Origin: Eledone cirrhosa
Lineage: Eukaryota
Reading direction: 5' to 3'
DNA: 64,000 bases
Assembly: GCA_964016885.1 (NCBI GenBank)
Contig: OZ024760.1
Location: 20,460,001 to 20,524,000, forward strand
Numbering within the stretch: position 1 is the stretch's first letter; every line of letters starts with the position of its first letter. Positions 37,177-64,000 of the stretch are shown in pieces. The position numbers and the translations under genes were made by a program. Below the pieces are notes generated by a model. It was given only the letters and a program-made list of their open reading frames with translations. It did no database searches and was not told where the DNA came from.

Positions 37177-38918
37177 GATTAAAATTAAAAATAAGAATTA
37201 TGATTAAAGAATGAAACATTATAAAAAACAACAACAAAAAACGAACGGGAATAATAATAATAATTGTTTAAGGGGAAACAATTTCATGGGATAGAATTGT
37301 AATCAAATAGAGGGATATCATTAATGAGTTTATCATTAGGAAGAAATGTGACTTTTTAAAATCCTTTTGATAGCAACATACCTGAAAGCACCCTGGTTTT
37401 ATAATAGAAAGGGACCCCTTAAAAATTTTTGTAAAGAGGCCCATTTAAATTATTTGTAATGGGTCCCATTTTAAAATGTCTGTAAGGGGTCCCATTAAAA
37501 ATGTTAACATTTATATTAAAACTATTCATTATAATTTTCTTTGGGAATTTTTCTAAAGTTCCAAACATCAGCTAATTATAAGTTTTTACCAAATTTTTGA
37601 TTATTTTAACAATTAATTGAAACACATTAGTATATTTCATTAATTACAGTTTACTTTGTTTTCTTTCTGGGTTGAATTAATTTTTCTTCATGTAATTTCA
37701 TTGGATTATAAAACAAAGAAAACCAAATACAGTTTTCCACCGTCCTGCCATATCTATTTGGTGGCATTTGTGAAATATATATTTTGGTGTAAACCCCAAA
37801 CATTTCTCATATATTAAATATACTGAAAAAAAAAAAAAGTCTCAAAATATCTGAAGATCATCATTTAATGTCCATTTTACCCTTCTATAATGGGTAGGAT
37901 GGGTTGTCATAGACCAAGTCAGAGCTACTGACTTCTCAAACGGACTGGGACCCACAAGATATTGTAGTAAAATTATATCAGACATATTTAAAATCTTTAC
38001 AATGTCAATGATGTGTGTATGATGGTTTAGAGCCCCATTCATTAAATCAAACAAGAAAATTGCTATGAGATGCAATTAAAACTATAGATTGTGTGTGAGT
38101 GTGATGACTTGGGGGGCCCATTTATTAAAACACCCAAGAAACGTCCCATGAGATGCAACAACATATGAGGCCAGCTAAACCTGAATAGGTGTGAGCTGTG
38201 ACAACAATAAACATGTGAATTGTATGTGTGTGGTGATCCGAGTACCCTATCATTAAAACACCCAAGAAACCTTTATGATGTAACCTCTTAGGTCAGCTAA
38301 ACCTACAGAGGCGTTAGACCATAACCACAATGAGGCCAGCTAAACCTATACAGGTGTTAGCCATAACCACAATGTAGATTGTATGTGTGTGATATATTGT
38401 CGTTGTTACTGTTTAGCTCCAGATCAGACCTCATCCAAGCAGACTAATTATGAAAGGTAATCCAATTTCCTCACCAGGCATACTGTATTATAACTACATT
38501 ACTCCATTCTCAAATGTACTCCCTTCTTTTAATATATTAGAGTGGCTATAATTTAAGGAATATTTGTTTGCTATTTCTAAGAAGAGCAAGCAACTGTATA
38601 TAAAACATGTTACAGTTGATTATAAAGACAACTGGATGAAGGCTGCTGACCTTGGGTTAAAGAACAACAAATAAAAAAAATATATGGAAAATTTTAATAA
38701 AACCCCCACCCTCATTGCATTTAAAAAATGTTTTTATACATTATTAACATTAGCACACCATATATATACACACACACACACACACTCATATATATATATC
38801 AGACTTTTCATAGTTAAGGACCTGATATATACACACACACATTCATATATATTAGGTTTTTAATTGGAAATCAGACTTTTCATAGTTAAGGACCTGATAT
38901 ATACACACACACACACAT

Positions 38919-38950
<32 letters not shown>

Positions 38951-39337
38951 TCAGTTACAACAGTGACGTTACACAGATATTTAAGTTTTGTTGGGTTTAA
39001 CAACTTCTTCAACCTGCCATATTGTGATGGAGTACATTACCACATGGCAGACTGAACAAGTTACTGTTAACCCAACAGAACTTAAGTATCTGTGTAATCC
39101 CACTGTTGTAATGGATTATATATATAATACGTCCCACAGACAGTGTTCTAAACCCTTGTATACTTACACACACACATATAGATATATATAGAGAGAGATT
39201 TAAAAGAGTCGAAGTCAGTGTTACAGCATATGTAGAAATAAAGTTTGTACATATGCTGTAACACAACCCAAATGAAACGGACCTCATAACAACATTGAGA
39301 GCTTCGAATGGTGCACCACCTGTCATATATATATATA

Positions 39338-39523
39338 TGACGGGGTGCTGATAAGTTCCTAGCTTGATTGCTGCCCCAACCTTCCAAGTTCTTTTTAGAA
39401 AAACTGAAGGACAGCTGCAATAAGTGTGAATCTGAGAGGGGAATATGTTGTATAAAATCATAATTAACTGATCCTCCTGTATTTTTTTTTACCCAAAGCC
39501 AGGAACTTTTCAGCACCCCCTCG
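39338..39523. mobile_element. Mariner-type MITE
   Basis: ggggtgctgataagttcct ... aggaacttttcagcaccccctcg in TA context. Confidence 0.7.
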
Positions 39524-39525
39524 TA

Positions 39526-39564
<39 letters not shown>

Positions 39565-39932
39565 CAAAGAGAGTGTGGTAAGATACCAGGTGGACCATAA
39601 TGCACCAGAGTACTCGATACTTGGGGTAGTAGAGTGGGTAATATTAAAAGATTCAGGACCCCGATGGCTGAGCTCTGACCGTTTCAACTGTCGGAATGGC
39701 CAGAATCTTTTCATATATATATATATATATATATATATGAGTCTGAGGTTCAATCAGGGGTAACCACAATAAGTAAAGTACTCAATACATTAATAGAGTG
39801 TAAACAACAAATTTAATATAGAAATGGCTTCTACAGGACTAGGACTGTTTCATTTGAAGGAAATCACCAGGAAAGCCCTTCAAATGAATCAGTTCTAGTC
39901 CTGCAGATGCCATTTCCATATTAAATTTGTAA

Positions 39933-39970
<38 letters not shown>

Positions 39971-40722
39971 GTATGATGAAGAGTTTATAAAACATGTAGC
40001 TCCGTTGATTTGAGAGCAATGGTAAATATCATACTGGATCATATATGGTGTCTCTCTCACAGACACACACGCATATATATATAGTCACACACACACACAC
40101 ACATCATTTTACGTCCGCTCTTCCCTGCTTACAAGGTATATATATATATGTGTGCTGTCTCACATACTTACACACAAACATCCATATATATATATGCATA
40201 CACACAAACACAGCTGATTAAAATTTGCATTTATATGAATAGATATATACATGCTTTCATAGACACACACACACACACACACAAAATAATTATTAAAAAA
40301 CAATAAGAACATCTCTCCTCTCTCGTGTGTGTGTGTGTATGTATATATATATATATAGATATATAACAAAGGAAATGTAAGGAACCAGATGGACCATAAC
40401 GCACCAAAGTACTCAATACTTAGGGTAGTAGAGTGGGTAATAGGAACGAGTAGGACCCCGACGGCTGAGCTCAAGCCGTTTCGACGGCTAATTCTGGACT
40501 AAAATTTTAGTCCATTATCCACGCTAGCATAGGTTAGACGGTCTTCCTCCTATTTCTAGTATTAAACTAATATAATATATTCCTTCCATATACTGTGCTG
40601 ATTGTGTTATTTCTGTTTACCTTTTACATACATTATATATGGTGGCTGCCAACTCGTTTTCGAGTACGGCCACTACTTTATATCCATGTAGGAGAACCCC
40701 TACTGATGCGCTGAACGAGTGT

Positions 40723-40753
<31 letters not shown>

Positions 40754-41027
40754 CATACATACATACACACACACAGAGAGTGAGAGAGATCGGGAGTTAC
40801 CAGTTTAGACCAGTAAGATCCATGTTTAGCTAAGTACTTGGTACTTGGGAAAGTAAAGTGTATGTATAGTTAAAAGTCAGTGCCCGACAGTTGAGCTCAG
40901 CTTTTGGGCACTAACAATTTACAATAAATACACACATATATATATACTAATACATATACATACATATATATATATTTATACATACACATATATACATATA
41001 TACCTAAATATATATAAAAACCATATT

Positions 41028-63282
<22,255 letters not shown>

Positions 63283-63602
63283 CTGAAATAGGGAATATAT
63301 TGATTAACGTCTGATAACTTGGTGCTAGGACACTTGAATTTAACTCCTTTCATTACCCCAGTCCTAACAAATGACACTACCTTCTGTTGTGGTGTGCCAG
63401 AAATGGTAGGGAGCAGTGACATTAGGTGACAAAGGGATTAGGGATGGGGGCTGCTAGGACACTTTAATTTAACCCCTCTCATTAATATCTAAACAATAAT
63501 AAAGTAAGGAGTGCGGGACTGCGTACGGTTTATAATTTTTTTTATCCCATTAGTAAAATAAGTTGGATTACTTTGAATAAATCATGAATGAATATAAATA
63601 AT

Positions 63603-63788
63603 TGTTTCTACTTTAGGCACAAGGCCAGCAATTACCCAGTGCATTACTGGTACTTTATTTTATCGACTCCGTAAGGATGAAAGGCAAAGTTAACCTCGGC
63701 GGGATTTGAACTCAGATCGTAAAGGGACGTAACTATGCTGGAAAGCATGGCGTCCGACCCTCCACCGATACTGCCAATCCACCGCCAT
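63603..63788 (-). mobile_element. Full-length tRNA/Nin-type SINE with 18-bp TSD, nested in an older element
   Basis: TSD tgaatgaatataaataat at 63585-63602 and 63789-63806. Confidence 0.88.
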
Positions 63789-64000
63789 TGAATGAATATA
63801 AATAATGAATGAATAAAATTTTCAAATGTCAACACTTCTGGTTAGCGATCGCTTAAATAAACATTCATATATTTCCGTCACTAATTTTCTCCAAATGCAA
63901 TTTATATATAATATCGTCTTTATAAAATGTATCATTGATTACTTGACTGATTACATAAGAGAGTGTAACACAGTCTCTCTGCAATTTCTGTAGATATTGT

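Overview
Eukaryotic, AT-rich, microsatellite- and SINE-dense genomic DNA. The repeat landscape (tRNA/CORE SINEs, Nin/Deu-type SINEs, RTE-type (GAT)n tails) resembles an octopod cephalopod; this assignment is inferred from repeats only. I reconstructed three spliced genes by hand from GT-AG boundaries and phase continuity. (1) The 5' TPR exons of DNAJC7 on the minus strand (4669-10275, possible start mini-exon at 19604-19617). (2) A complete 7-exon, 536-aa ankyrin-repeat/SOCS-box (ASB-like) gene on the plus strand (27601-36072), with one ankyrin repeat per phase-0 exon and an internal SOCS box. (3) 23 exons (963 aa, CXXC to C-terminus) of DNMT1 on the minus strand (41028-63282). Introns and intergenic DNA hold Tx1/L1 and RTE LINE remnants, a non-autonomous Helitron, hAT, piggyBac and mariner MITEs, and many minisatellites. 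The most notable non-coding signal is a near-canonical minimal type I hammerhead ribozyme fold (62863-62928) in a DNMT1 intron. Several families of Penelope-like foldback elements across the window carry degenerate or half hammerhead cores. Most ORFs in the supplied track are microsatellite or repeat artefacts.
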